In this document: positions 16,753 to 27,214 of the stretch, piece after piece
Layout of the letters: the number at the start of each line of letters is the position of its first letter
Position numbering within the stretch: the first letter of the stretch is position 1
IMG/VR virus record: IMGVR_UViG_3300045988_130114
Location: 12,650-76,649 of that record
DNA: 64,000 bases
Source of the DNA: a virus
Reading direction: 5' to 3' (one strand)
The notes under the pieces: generated by a model
Seen by the model: only the letters and a program-made list of their open reading frames with translations
The model's database searches: none
What the model was told of the DNA's origin: nothing
Made by a program: the position numbers and the translations under genes

Positions 16753-18153
16753 ATGGACGAAATTACCGCTATCTTAGACAATACCCGGCCCGTTGATAAT
16801 ATTATCAACGATTTAAAAGAAAAGTCTGTAACAGTCCCATCATGGGATAAACTTCTCAAAGACTACGAACCTACAGAGCATGAGATTGTATCTGACACAG
16901 TTACTCGTAAAGACAAAGTCCGTTCTAATGGAGATACAGAGAGAGCTTCGCGTATCTATATAGGGCTTGAAAAACTTCTCACCAAGCGAATGACTGAATT
17001 CATGTTCGCTATTCCGGTTAAACGTGTATATCATAACATAGAAGATAATGAAACCCGCCAAAGTATTGTGAAAGCAATTGAAGCGATATATAAGTATGCT
17101 CGTATTGATAGTGAAAATATTAAGCGAGGCAATGCTTACTTTGCTTCATGTGAAGTGTTCACCATTTGGTACACGGTCGAGAGTCCCAACACTCTATATG
17201 GCTTTAAAAGTAAATATAAGCTAAAATGCAAAACTTATTCACCAATGGACGGTGTTAGGTTATATCCTTTACTTGATGAACTTGGTGATATGATCGCAAT
17301 GTCTTTTGAGTACACTAGAAAGGTGAAAAATGAAGAAGTTACTTTCTTTGAAACATACACGTCAAACATCCATTATAAATGGAAACAACAGGGAAACGGC
17401 TGGGAATTAGTAAAATTAGAACCGGTCGTTATTATGAAAATCCCTGGAGTCTACACCTATCGTCCTGTTCCCATTTATCACGGTCTTTCCTATATCAGAA
17501 AAGAAATCGAATATACTCTGTCACGTAATAGCGATGTCATCGCATATAATTCCGCTCCTATCTTAAAAATAGCTGGTGGCATGAAAGGAGGAGAAGATAA
17601 AGGAGAAAGCCGTAGAGTTTACCGCGTAGAACAAAACGGGGATGTGTCTTATGTTTCATGGGCGCAATCTATCGAGGCGTTAAAATACCATGTAGACACC
17701 CTTGTTAAACTGTTCTGGTCACAATCCCAAATGCCGGATATTTCCTTTGAAAACATGAAGTCTCTTGGCAATATTGGATTTGATGCAAGGCAGACTTTAC
17801 TTACTGACGCTCATTTAAAGGTTGGAGATGAAAGTGGTGCATGGATAGAAACGTTTGAACGTGAATGTAGCGTAATCAGAGCTTTCTTGAAAATGATGAA
17901 TGTTTCTTGGAAAGATGAAGTAGATAATGTTGAGGTTGAGCATGTCATAACTCCGTTTATTCAAAATGATGAAAAGTCAGAAATAGAAAAGTGGGTTACG
18001 GCAAGTGGCGGAAAGGCAGTTGTCAGCCAATTAGAAGCCATCAAAAACTTAGGTATCTCTACTGATCCACAAGAAACTCTTTCCCAAATTCAAAAAGAAG
18101 ATGCAGAGGCTTCCAAAAGCAGGATAAGCAATATATTCGAACAATCGGAATAA
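16753..18153 (+). CDS. portal protein
   Basis: 466 aa. First gene of the head module and followed by a MuF-like protein. Confidence 0.7.
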   Translation: MDEITAILDNTRPVDNIINDLKEKSVTVPSWDKLLKDYEPTEHEIVSDTVTRKDKVRSNGDTERASRIYIGLEKLLTKRMTEFMFAIPVKRVYHNIEDNETRQSIVKAIEAIYKYARIDSENIKRGNAYFASCEVFTIWYTVESPNTLYGFKSKYKLKCKTYSPMDGVRLYPLLDELGDMIAMSFEYTRKVKNEEVTFFETYTSNIHYKWKQQGNGWELVKLEPVVIMKIPGVYTYRPVPIYHGLSYIRKEIEYTLSRNSDVIAYNSAPILKIAGGMKGGEDKGESRRVYRVEQNGDVSYVSWAQSIEALKYHVDTLVKLFWSQSQMPDISFENMKSLGNIGFDARQTLLTDAHLKVGDESGAWIETFERECSVIRAFLKMMNVSWKDEVDNVEVEHVITPFIQNDEKSEIEKWVTASGGKAVVSQLEAIKNLGISTDPQETLSQIQKEDAEASKSRISNIFEQSE

Positions 18154-18173
18154 CAATCTAAAATATAAATATT

Positions 18174-18464
18174 ATGGCAAAAACTGATGTACTAAAATTT
18201 AGTAAAGAAAAACAGGGTTATTCCTGTGAATTTATTTCTGTTGGTAAATGTGCAATACAGATAGACAGAGAAAAAAATGGGACGCTTATTATATACGCAA
18301 AGATAGAAGGAATGGAGTATGCACTATTGTACCAATACTCTTCCACTCAATTTAATGACAATGTTATTTTTGAGCTTGACGTACAAAAGGGGCTGTCCGT
18401 CAAAATAGTAAGTGAGGTAGGCGTCATGAGTGCAAAAATGGCTTATGAAGATGAAGGTTTATAG
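18174..18464 (+). CDS. hypothetical protein
   Basis: 96-aa ORF. Confidence 0.4.
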   Translation: MAKTDVLKFSKEKQGYSCEFISVGKCAIQIDREKNGTLIIYAKIEGMEYALLYQYSSTQFNDNVIFELDVQKGLSVKIVSEVGVMSAKMAYEDEGL

Positions 18465-18538
18465 CCTATCTGCCAAGTTGTAGAAAAGGTTTAGACTGCG
18501 TAAGTATATGTTTGTGCAGCTGGCTTAAATTAAATATA

Positions 18539-18886
18539 ATGAAGAAAAGAATATCAAATTGGCTTATTAGATTGGCAGAGAAGATCAATCCACAAGAACG
18601 ATTGAGGAGTATTGAAAGGATTGATAATTACGAAGCCAAGAAGTTAGGCATCTGTCTTGTCCGTACTAAAAAAGAAATCAAGGATTATCGTAAGAAGATG
18701 AAACTTGACGAAGGTTGGTCTAATCGGGAATCAGATGAAATGCTTATCAAAGAAGTAAAAAATGAAGTCCGCCAATCGATTATAAACTCTATCATTCAAA
18801 GAGGGTTGATAGAATATTATGTTGAAAAAGTCGGTGACGCACTTCATGTTACCGGTGAAATCAAAGTATATATCAAGAAAGAATAG
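18539..18886 (+). CDS. hypothetical protein
   Basis: Internal ATG (MKKRISNW...) of track ORF 18512..18886. Confidence 0.4.
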   Translation: MKKRISNWLIRLAEKINPQERLRSIERIDNYEAKKLGICLVRTKKEIKDYRKKMKLDEGWSNRESDEMLIKEVKNEVRQSIINSIIQRGLIEYYVEKVGDALHVTGEIKVYIKKE

Positions 18887-18887
18887 T

Positions 18888-19250
18888 ATGAAAGTTCCAA
18901 TAGATAATATAACTTTTGCTGAAAGTGAATATCATCGTGGAAATAAGATTTGGAAAGCCCAAACACTCTACGACTTTGCAAAAGCAAAAGAATACCCAGT
19001 GCTTAATATGCCACTATGGAATATAGACCTTACCGCTGAGCCATTTGAGTGTAATCAGCTTCATAGTTTCATTTTCCAATGCAAAAGAGTGAATCAATGT
19101 TCTCTTAAATACCCTATTATTCTTGATGAAGTAGGTCAAATTGCTGATGGCTATCATCGTTTATGCAAAGCTATATTAGAGGGTAAGGAAACAATTAAAG
19201 CTATTCGGTTATTGGAAATGCCGGCACCTGATAGAATTTTGGAGGAATAA
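18888..19250 (+). CDS. small ParB/Srx-like domain protein
   Basis: PIILDEVGQIADGYHRLCKAILEG carries the DGxHR motif. Start at internal ATG 18888. Confidence 0.5.
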   Translation: MKVPIDNITFAESEYHRGNKIWKAQTLYDFAKAKEYPVLNMPLWNIDLTAEPFECNQLHSFIFQCKRVNQCSLKYPIILDEVGQIADGYHRLCKAILEGKETIKAIRLLEMPAPDRILEE

Positions 19251-19376
19251 ATATGAAAAAACATGCAAAAGTCATTACAGTGGAATATGTGGTTCAAGAT
19301 TGTCCGATCTATGGTAAGATTATTGTAAAACATCATCTATATCCACAGACAGCAAAGATAAAAAGTATATGAAATA

Positions 19377-20414
19377 ATGGCAAAGCCTAAGATTCCAAAT
19401 CAGAAAAAGAAGTATCAAGAACTCAACGAGAGATTAAGCAGATATGTATCCCTCGTTGAGCAAATATACGATACACTGAATTTGGAAGCAGCCAAGGCTG
19501 TTTCACGCACTCAATATTCCTCCGATAGTGATAAACCGTTTAAATGGTCTGACTATCCTCAAACTAAAAAACAAATTGACGACATACAAAGACATTTCGT
19601 AGAAGATATAAACGCAATTATCTATCGCGGTACGACCGAAGAATGGAAAAATAGTAATGAAGCACAGGATTTGATAGCAAACAGAGTATTAAAAGCATAT
19701 AACGCACAAGTTGATAGAGAGAAATATAAAGTCTTGTATCAAACAAATTCAGATGCTCTGAAAGCATTCCAGAGTCGAAAAGATAAAGGGCTCAATATAT
19801 CTGCAAAACTTTGGCAGCAATCTATGATCTACAAAGAAGAATTGGAGGCTGCAATCTCATGCGCTATTAAAAAAGGAACTAGTGCTGTTACGTTGAGTAA
19901 GCAAATAAGCAAGTATTTACTTAATTTTCCATCACTGCAAAAAGATTATAAAAGCAAATATGGAAGTGCGGAACATATACAAGATTGTGAGTACAGATCT
20001 ATTCGTTTAGCCCGTTCAGAAATAAACATGGCTTATAGAACAGCCGAAAATGAACGTTGGAAGCAGATGGATTTTGTCGTAGGATACGAAATAAAATTGA
20101 GCTCATCACATCATAGTCGTATGCCTCATGGAGACATTTGTGATACTCTTGCAGGTAAATATCCAAAAGATTTCACATGGACAGGATGGCACCCGAATGA
20201 CTTATGTTATAAAGTTCCTATCCTCAAAACAGAAGAAGAATTCTGGGAATGGGATGGGCGTAGTGATTCCACAACTGAAAGCGTGAATGAAGTCAAGGAT
20301 GTGCCGGATGCATTCAAACAGTGGGTTGGCACAAATTCGAAACGCATAGTAGACGCAAAGAAGAAAGGCACTTTGCCATATTTTTTAAAGGATAACCCGT
20401 TATATCTTAAATAA
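19377..20414 (+). CDS. head morphogenesis protein (Mu F / SPP1 gp7 family)
   Basis: IRLARSEINMAYRTAE and GWHPNDLCY motifs, with position after the portal. Confidence 0.8.
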   Translation: MAKPKIPNQKKKYQELNERLSRYVSLVEQIYDTLNLEAAKAVSRTQYSSDSDKPFKWSDYPQTKKQIDDIQRHFVEDINAIIYRGTTEEWKNSNEAQDLIANRVLKAYNAQVDREKYKVLYQTNSDALKAFQSRKDKGLNISAKLWQQSMIYKEELEAAISCAIKKGTSAVTLSKQISKYLLNFPSLQKDYKSKYGSAEHIQDCEYRSIRLARSEINMAYRTAENERWKQMDFVVGYEIKLSSSHHSRMPHGDICDTLAGKYPKDFTWTGWHPNDLCYKVPILKTEEEFWEWDGRSDSTTESVNEVKDVPDAFKQWVGTNSKRIVDAKKKGTLPYFLKDNPLYLK

Positions 20415-20504
20415 TAACCACTGAGATGCAATTACACTTAGTTTCACGGCACAAGGTACAAGATTACTGCTGTTCGTGAGTTTATTATGATAGTTTAACA
20501 TGAA

Positions 20505-20544
20505 AAGTGGCATTTTTTAATGTCACTTTTATTACCTTTGTATC
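20505..20544 (+). promoter_or_regulatory. phage promoter-family copy 3 (TACCTTTG -7 box)
   Basis: aagtggcattttttaatgtcacttttattacctttgtatc. Confidence 0.5.
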
Positions 20545-20548
20545 AGAT

Positions 20549-20566
20549 GCGTATGAAGACGTACGC
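20549..20566 (+). promoter_or_regulatory. GTATGAAG-NNN-TAC hairpin/uORF motif, copy 3
   Basis: gcgtatgaagacgtacgc begins 9 nt after the -7 box. Confidence 0.45.
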
Positions 20567-20676
20567 CACAGAACTTGTCGTAAAGACTCATTGCTCTAAT
20601 GTTTAGTAAAGTTCTAGCGAATAGTCTGCTGGTATACGTGCTATGCAGGCTATTTTAGTAACTAAAACATTGTACA

Positions 20677-21396
20677 ATGGACAGAAAACAGCAAGTTTTT
20701 TTGAAACTGAAACCTAAAACGAAGGCGTTGGGGTTCAGTCAAAAGGAGCTAAAGGGTATCGCTGCTCAGATTGCCGATAACCTTACCTCCGCAGAAGATG
20801 CCTCAGATGAAGACGTAAATGCCGAAATCGATAAAGAGATTGAAGCTGCACTACGTTACTTACCTTTCGGCCAGTCACAGGCCAATCGCTTGCTTGATGA
20901 ATGGAAGAAAAATCACCCTGAAACAGATGACGACGACAACGATGACGATGATGACGACGACGGATCTTCGAACAATCAAAGACGTCAAACTGGTTCAAAT
21001 ACCAAAAATCCCAAAAACAGAGGAAAGAATGATGATACTCCGGAATGGGCTAAAGGTTTGGTTCAGACAGTACAAACACTGAATGACGAAATCGCAGCAT
21101 TGAAAGGTGAAAAAGTTACCACTACACGTAAAGAAAAGCTTGAATCCTTATTGAAAGACGCTGGTACATTCGGCACTCGTACCTTGAAATCCTTCAATAA
21201 GATGAAGTTTGAGAACGATGAAGAGTTTGAAGAATTCTATTCCGAAGTTGAGGAAGATTTGAGATCTTACAACCAGGAGCGTGCCGACGCGGGACTTTCT
21301 AGTTTAGGTAATCCTCCAGGTGCAGGAAGTAAGAAGCAAAAAAAAGATGAATTATTAACCGATGAAGAGGTCATAGCAATAGCTAATGGTCTTTAA
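20677..21396 (+). CDS. scaffolding protein
   Basis: Position between MuF and capsid. Charged, helix-prone sequence with a long acidic tract (TDDDDNDDDDDDDGSS). Confidence 0.55.
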   Translation: MDRKQQVFLKLKPKTKALGFSQKELKGIAAQIADNLTSAEDASDEDVNAEIDKEIEAALRYLPFGQSQANRLLDEWKKNHPETDDDDNDDDDDDDGSSNNQRRQTGSNTKNPKNRGKNDDTPEWAKGLVQTVQTLNDEIAALKGEKVTTTRKEKLESLLKDAGTFGTRTLKSFNKMKFENDEEFEEFYSEVEEDLRSYNQERADAGLSSLGNPPGAGSKKQKKDELLTDEEVIAIANGL

Positions 21397-21413
21397 TCAA
21401 AAGCAAATTAAAA

Positions 21414-21815
21414 ATGGGCGCAAAAGCTGATTTAGTAAACGAACAAGAAACAATCTTAACCGGAATGGATTCGATTGTTATTCGTAACTATTTAGGCGGA
21501 ATTATGAATGGTCGGACGCTAGATATGACTGGATTTAAACAGTCTGTGATCAAAGCTGGGCACATTGTTATCCGCAATACAGAAAACGATACTTATAAGC
21601 CAATGCCTGTTAATTCAGCAGGTACAGCCTACGAATCATTGCCAGGAAATCATGAATATGTTGGTGTTGTTGTTTGTTCCAAGCCTGCCGACAAACCATT
21701 CGTTGGTATCATGTATGCTGGCGAAGTGAATGACGTGGCAAGTCCTTATCCTATTGACAGCATCAAGGCTGCATTAAAAACGGCATTGCCACAACTAACT
21801 TTTTTACACGATTAA
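21414..21815 (+). CDS. head-associated structural protein (decoration-like?)
   Basis: 133-aa ORF between the scaffold and major capsid genes. Called from position only. Confidence 0.35.
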   Translation: MGAKADLVNEQETILTGMDSIVIRNYLGGIMNGRTLDMTGFKQSVIKAGHIVIRNTENDTYKPMPVNSAGTAYESLPGNHEYVGVVVCSKPADKPFVGIMYAGEVNDVASPYPIDSIKAALKTALPQLTFLHD

Positions 21816-21828
21816 AAGGAGGTGAAAG

Positions 21829-23166
21829 ATGAATGAATCATTATTTATTGAATTTGTAAGAAGAATATGGCCTAAATTGAGTCTATATGTGAAAGAAAAG
21901 ATCAATGGAACAAACAAGAATTTGACCTATCTTCACAAAACGATGCTTACTAAGGTATATTCTCCTGATCAAAAATGGGAAGGCACATCTGCTAATACTA
22001 CATATGTAGCTGCTGATATGGTAGCTATGGACTCTCCGCTTTCACCTAAAAAGCGAGATTCTATCGCACGGTCAAACGGGGAATTGCCTAAGATCGGAAT
22101 TAAAAAGATTCTAAGAGAGACTCAAATTAATGCCATCAACATTATGAGAGCTCATTTATCCAATGCCAGCACGGATGCAGCTAAGAAATCTGTCCTTAAC
22201 CGCATAATCACTCGCATGTTAGACGATGGAACGGCTTGCTCTATTGGTATTGATGAGAGAAATGAAGCAAATTTCCTTACAGGACTCTCCGATGGCATCA
22301 TCATTGTTGAGGGTGATGATGATAAAAATACTGGTATAGGTCTTCGTATTGATTATGGTTATTTGCCAGAACATAGCTTTGGTGTTGTTACTACTGGTGA
22401 AGTTACAGGAGATGATATTGAAAGAGTTATAAGTAAAGCTAACGATGATGATAACAGTATTTCAGTTATTATGCTGGCTTTATCTACATATAACAAAATG
22501 CGTCAGTCTCAATGGGCTAAAGAACTAGCTGCAAATTATCGAGGTCAAACCTTTGATAATGATACTAAGCTGCCTGTACCTACTTCTACATTATTTGATG
22601 AAGCGTTCTCTGACCAATATAACGGTATCTCATTCCTGAAAATTGACCGTTCAGTAACTTATGAAAAGAACGGTAAAAGGGTATCTTATAAACCGTGGAA
22701 TGCGAATAAATTGATATTTCTCCCTTCTGCTGATAATGTAGGTTCTTTTGTATGGGGAACTTTGGCTGAAGCGACTAATCCTGTTAATGGAGTTGAATAT
22801 ACTACCGTTGATGAATACAAGTTGATTAGCCGTTACTCTAAGACAGATCCGTTACAGGAATTTACAAACGGACAGGCTATTTGCTTACCGGTTATCGAAA
22901 ATGTAGATCAAATCTACTCTTTGGATATTCTAGAAGCTCAAGAGGTAAATACCACAGAAGAAGAAAAAGATACTTCTGACGTTAAGATTACAATCTGGGG
23001 AGCAACTTACAAAAAGCCGGAGTTTGTGACGGAATATAACAAGATTGCAGGCAAGAATCTGACTTCTACTGTTTCTGATGACAAACTCATTGCAGCAGTC
23101 AACAGATTGAACGATGCAGACGAAGAAGCATTGAAAAAGGCCGTTGAATCTCATAAAGCATCGTAA
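21829..23166 (+). CDS. major capsid protein
   Basis: 445 aa, placed after the scaffold and before the connector genes. Confidence 0.65.
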   Translation: MNESLFIEFVRRIWPKLSLYVKEKINGTNKNLTYLHKTMLTKVYSPDQKWEGTSANTTYVAADMVAMDSPLSPKKRDSIARSNGELPKIGIKKILRETQINAINIMRAHLSNASTDAAKKSVLNRIITRMLDDGTACSIGIDERNEANFLTGLSDGIIIVEGDDDKNTGIGLRIDYGYLPEHSFGVVTTGEVTGDDIERVISKANDDDNSISVIMLALSTYNKMRQSQWAKELAANYRGQTFDNDTKLPVPTSTLFDEAFSDQYNGISFLKIDRSVTYEKNGKRVSYKPWNANKLIFLPSADNVGSFVWGTLAEATNPVNGVEYTTVDEYKLISRYSKTDPLQEFTNGQAICLPVIENVDQIYSLDILEAQEVNTTEEEKDTSDVKITIWGATYKKPEFVTEYNKIAGKNLTSTVSDDKLIAAVNRLNDADEEALKKAVESHKAS

Positions 23167-23169
23167 GCA

Positions 23170-23508
23170 ATGAAGACAATTCAGCAAGCTCTCATAGACG
23201 AAATACATTATCCTATTCCAATGGGTTTTGTAGAGAATGTAATGATCAAACGTAAACTCAATGGATACGATGAGTTTAGCTGTGATATAGCTCATTCTAA
23301 CGAATATCAGGGTGCATTGGCTGATTGTCTTTGGTCTTTGATTCAGGCTATCAATTTCTCTGAGGCAGACAAGTCCTTTGGGGCTTTGTCCGATAAAGAT
23401 AAAGAACGTATATTATTACGTGTTAACTCCATCTACAATACTATTGGTGAGCCTTCGGTAGAACTGGAGGCAAAACCAATGGTATATGTAGGAGATTGTT
23501 TGTTGTAG
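23170..23508 (+). CDS. head-tail connector protein
   Basis: 112 aa. Called from position. Confidence 0.4.
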   Translation: MKTIQQALIDEIHYPIPMGFVENVMIKRKLNGYDEFSCDIAHSNEYQGALADCLWSLIQAINFSEADKSFGALSDKDKERILLRVNSIYNTIGEPSVELEAKPMVYVGDCLL

Positions 23509-23509
23509 T

Positions 23510-23836
23510 ATGGCAGTAATAAATAGAAATCCACACCGTTTACAATACTTAGTAGCTGTTCCTGGCTATGAAGATGAAAATGGAAATTATCATCCAGGTT
23601 CATCTGAATGGAAAGGCTCAATTCCTTGTGATGCCGTGCCTTCTGGGAAGGCGGAAGAAAGAGAGTTTGAGGATGGTGTTGTAAGAAGCTATTCATATAC
23701 GGTATGTCTTCCAAGCAATTGTCAAACCTTTACTATTGGTGACAGGGTTAAGATAAGTCTTCTCGGAGGAATTGAAAGGGAATTTGAAGTAAAAGGTTTC
23801 CATCGTTACCAACTTCAGTGCAAAATTTGGGTTTAG
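23510..23836 (+). CDS. head-tail adaptor / head closure protein
   Basis: 108 aa. Called from position. Confidence 0.4.
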   Translation: MAVINRNPHRLQYLVAVPGYEDENGNYHPGSSEWKGSIPCDAVPSGKAEEREFEDGVVRSYSYTVCLPSNCQTFTIGDRVKISLLGGIEREFEVKGFHRYQLQCKIWV

Positions 23837-23840
23837 TATT

Positions 23841-24302
23841 ATGGGCATAAGAATGACTACCAAGCTGGATGAAATTCATAAGGTTCTTATGAAAGAAGCA
23901 AATCGGGTTGAAAGGCTAACAATACGCGCTTTGTCTTACCTTGGGGAACAATGCGTTTCAAGAGTACGTAATAGAGGTGGTAATAAAAGTTGGTACGACC
24001 AGTCCGGTAACCTGCGCAGCTCAGTTGGCTATGTAATAGCTTATAACGGTAGTATTATCCAATACTCAGACTTTAATCAGATAAAGCAAGGCTCGGAAGG
24101 CGTAACTGTAGGTAAAAAGTTGGCAGAGGAACTTGTTAAGAGGTATTCCAGTGACTATGTACTTGTTATAGTTGCTGGAATGAACTATGCTGAATATGTG
24201 GAAAGGAAGGATAATAAGGACGTACTTGCATCAACGGAATTATGGGCAATAGACCAGGTTCCCAAGATGCTTGAGAAACTAAAAAGACAGATTGCTAAAT
24301 GA
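23841..24302 (+). CDS. HK97 gp10-like tail component
   Basis: 153 aa. Called from position and size. Confidence 0.4.
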   Translation: MGIRMTTKLDEIHKVLMKEANRVERLTIRALSYLGEQCVSRVRNRGGNKSWYDQSGNLRSSVGYVIAYNGSIIQYSDFNQIKQGSEGVTVGKKLAEELVKRYSSDYVLVIVAGMNYAEYVERKDNKDVLASTELWAIDQVPKMLEKLKRQIAK

Positions 24303-24721
24303 AATCGGACATTGAAATAGCTAAGTTTGTCTATCACAAAATTAAGGGCACAGACCTTGAAAGGAATGTTACCGGCAAATTAAGTGATAGAGGAAGACCA
24401 AACAAGTCAGACAAAGAGGATATTGTTATATCTGTACTTGCCAATGAAGGATGTGGCCAAATCCAAAGAGCTTATGTTAATGTCAATGTGTATGTCCGTG
24501 ATCTATGGAATTCGGAAACAAAGGCGTGGGAAAAAGATACTCTACGCGTAGGTAAGCTGTGTGAATTATGCAAATTCCTTATCTCCATACGAAAAGATGA
24601 ATACCACACAACCCCATCAAAATGTAGCCAAAAAACCAGTCCTACAAATACACCTTTTGAGGACGGACATACAGAACATTTCATTAATAACAAACTGTAC
24701 ATTGAGATAAATAACGAATAA
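24299..24721 (+). CDS. tail completion/terminator-like protein
   Basis: 140 aa. Called from position. Confidence 0.35.
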   Translation: MKSDIEIAKFVYHKIKGTDLERNVTGKLSDRGRPNKSDKEDIVISVLANEGCGQIQRAYVNVNVYVRDLWNSETKAWEKDTLRVGKLCELCKFLISIRKDEYHTTPSKCSQKTSPTNTPFEDGHTEHFINNKLYIEINNE

Positions 24722-24750
24722 GTATTAACTATATTAAGTGATATAGAACT

Positions 24751-25302
24751 ATGGCAGTAATCGGATGGGGTAAACCCCGAATTTTCGTAAAAGACTTGGA
24801 TGCTTCTTCGCCCAAATGGGAAGAGCTTCCTACACCCGTGGAAGATTCCACACAGTTGACAACAACAAAAGGCGACAAACAAGAAGCCAAAATTGAAGGT
24901 GGAGAAAATGAAGATGTCAAGTATGGTAAAAACACCTATGCCCTTGTACTCAACATACGTGCAGCAAAAGGCCGCAAAAGACCTATCAACGACAGTGATG
25001 GCGTAGTTGCTCACAATTATGCTGTTGCACTACAACCGGAAGATCCCGAAGTTCCTGGATTTTGTATGGAAAAGACAACAGTGTCAGTTGAAGATACGTT
25101 TACTAGTGCAGATGGTGGTGTGTGGGCATATACATTTGACGCTTTAAAATATGCCGCTGAAAAGAAACAAGTTCAATGGGGTAAAATTATTGTTACTCCT
25201 ACAACAGGATCATCTATTACAAAAATAGAGTGTGACCCGGACGACGAAGATGGTGATGGAGATAAGTTTGAAGTCGCCCCCAATTCCGGCTTAGGCGGAT
25301 AA
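24751..25302 (+). CDS. major tail protein
   Basis: 183 aa. Last gene before the chaperone and tape-measure region. Confidence 0.5.
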   Translation: MAVIGWGKPRIFVKDLDASSPKWEELPTPVEDSTQLTTTKGDKQEAKIEGGENEDVKYGKNTYALVLNIRAAKGRKRPINDSDGVVAHNYAVALQPEDPEVPGFCMEKTTVSVEDTFTSADGGVWAYTFDALKYAAEKKQVQWGKIIVTPTTGSSITKIECDPDDEDGDGDKFEVAPNSGLGG

Positions 25303-25502
25303 TTTACAATAGATATAGTTTAAACCTTTGTGCATCTGCTTTATAGATGCACACTTGCGGATTAAGCACACACAGGCGTGCGTCGCTCTACCAGAGTGAA
25401 GGGGATGGTGCAGGTCCATCAGTCCGCTCTAGGCTTTTTGTTCGAATCTGAAATAGGTGGTCTGTGAAGATAGCCAATTTGTTTTCTAAAAGGTAATAGT
25501 AT

Positions 25503-26219
25503 ATGATTGAAGATCGAAAAATAATAGAAATGAATATTGCTGATACCATAATGGAAAGGCCATACGGTTTTCGGGTTAATAAGCGACATTTTTATCTATA
25601 TCCAATAACATTAGGTAAAACATATCTACTTTCAAGGCTCATTGAAAGCCTTGATATGAAGGCTGATATTATTAAAGCAAACCCATATATGGAAGCATTA
25701 AGATTATGCCAAGAAAAAAAAGAGACTGTTTGCCAGCTATTATCTTACCATACGCTCAACAAGAAAGAAGAACTATTTAATAACAGAATTGTAAATAGTA
25801 GATGCCAGTTTTTGAGGAAAAATCTTTCAAATGAGGAAATGGCGCAACTTCTCGTTATGGTTCTTACTAAAGATAACACGGATGAGTTTATCAAATATTT
25901 CGGAATTGACCGGGAACGTAAAGAACTAGCTAAAGTTTCAATGATAAAAAACAAGAAAGGCAATTCCATCACTTTTTGCGGTAAAAGCGTATTTGGTTCT
26001 CTAATATTACCAGCATGTGAAAAACTCAACATGACTCCACAGCAGATTGTATGGGAAATTAGTTTTTCATTTCTTCAAATGTTGATGGCAGATGCTATTA
26101 CTTCCGTATATCTTACTGACGAAGAAAAGAAAGAAGCCCGTATTTCCAATGACAGGACATTTGTCAATGCAGACGACCCGAAAAATATGGAAAAGATAAA
26201 AGCTATGAGATGGGACTAA
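25503..26219 (+). CDS. tail assembly chaperone-like protein
   Basis: 238 aa between the major tail and tape-measure genes. Called from position only. Confidence 0.3.
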   Translation: MIEDRKIIEMNIADTIMERPYGFRVNKRHFYLYPITLGKTYLLSRLIESLDMKADIIKANPYMEALRLCQEKKETVCQLLSYHTLNKKEELFNNRIVNSRCQFLRKNLSNEEMAQLLVMVLTKDNTDEFIKYFGIDRERKELAKVSMIKNKKGNSITFCGKSVFGSLILPACEKLNMTPQQIVWEISFSFLQMLMADAITSVYLTDEEKKEARISNDRTFVNADDPKNMEKIKAMRWD

Positions 26220-26261
26220 ATACGACAAATAGAACAAAAGCTAGAAATAAAAGGTAAAAAA

Positions 26262-26292
26262 ATCACGAGGGTTATACAAAAACTCCCGTGAT
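26262..26292 (-). terminator. terminator hairpin between convergent genes
   Basis: ATCACG(A)GGG / CTCCCGTGAT stem, flanked by A7 on one side so that it reads T7 on the minus strand. Confidence 0.5.
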
Positions 26293-26328
26293 TTATCGGT
26301 GAAATAGAACAATTATATAATCATCTAA

Positions 26329-27201
26329 TTAGGAAACTATTTCTCCAGTATCCTTATTTAATATCAGATGGTATTTCTTTTTTTCTCCTATTTTAGTAGT
26401 GGCTTCAATGTCTAATATTACGTTATCTCCATCTAATGAATATGTGGATTTGTTGACTCTTATCTCTTCATCGGTGATGGGGACCTGCCAAATTAGATAT
26501 TTATCATATCTATACATTGAAATGTCAACACACACAACCATATTGTCATAGATGTATACCATATTATTGTAAGATATAGGTATGTAATTATTCCTTTCAA
26601 TTTCTTTAACCCATCTTTCAGCGCCTGGATCATTATTCCCAATCGTCTGCTTTAAATCACTATCCAATACTCCAATTTCATAAATTCCTGTTCTTGCAGT
26701 TTTATAAATGGCAATGTATTCTCCATACCAATCTGCTATTGCTTCCGGATAGAAGATCGTTTCTTCAAAACCAGAATAATATTCTTTGTCAAAATATTCT
26801 TTTTCAACAACCTTCCCATCTTTTATTTTCAAGATAAATTTATGTGGGTGATAAGCTATATCTGCGTATAAACTTACCAATATATAGAGATAATCATCCT
26901 TTTTCAAGGCACTTTGAAGGAAACACCCTTTGACTATGTATTCTCTCTTATCTCCAAACCCAAGATCATGGGTATAATTTTCTGCTTTATCTTTGATGGT
27001 AAACACCTTGTTCCCTGATTCATCAATAGCCTCTATATAGTAATCTCCTTCAAAGATATAAGCTTGTAGTTTTAGATCATCTATCGGGATAGCACTATCG
27101 ATTTGGTATTTTGGAAGATCTGGTTCATCTATAGGACTTTCATTTGAACTACAACTTGTTAATAGAATTATTGCTATGATAAAAAATGAAATCTTCTTCA
27201 T
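26329..27201 (-). CDS. lipoprotein (moron; superinfection-exclusion candidate)
   Basis: Signal peptide with lipobox MKKISFFIIAIILLTSCSS. AT-rich and on the opposite strand, inside the tail operon. Confidence 0.6.
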   Translation of the reverse strand: MKKISFFIIAIILLTSCSSNESPIDEPDLPKYQIDSAIPIDDLKLQAYIFEGDYYIEAIDESGNKVFTIKDKAENYTHDLGFGDKREYIVKGCFLQSALKKDDYLYILVSLYADIAYHPHKFILKIKDGKVVEKEYFDKEYYSGFEETIFYPEAIADWYGEYIAIYKTARTGIYEIGVLDSDLKQTIGNNDPGAERWVKEIERNNYIPISYNNMVYIYDNMVVCVDISMYRYDKYLIWQVPITDEEIRVNKSTYSLDGDNVILDIEATTKIGEKKKYHLILNKDTGEIVS

Positions 27202-27214
27202 AATTTGTTGGTTA

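Noticed and set aside
19253-19327. A tiny ORF (24 aa) between the ParB-like gene and the MuF gene.
   Set aside because: It is too short and featureless. I first misread it as 39 aa, but a stop lies at 19325-19327.
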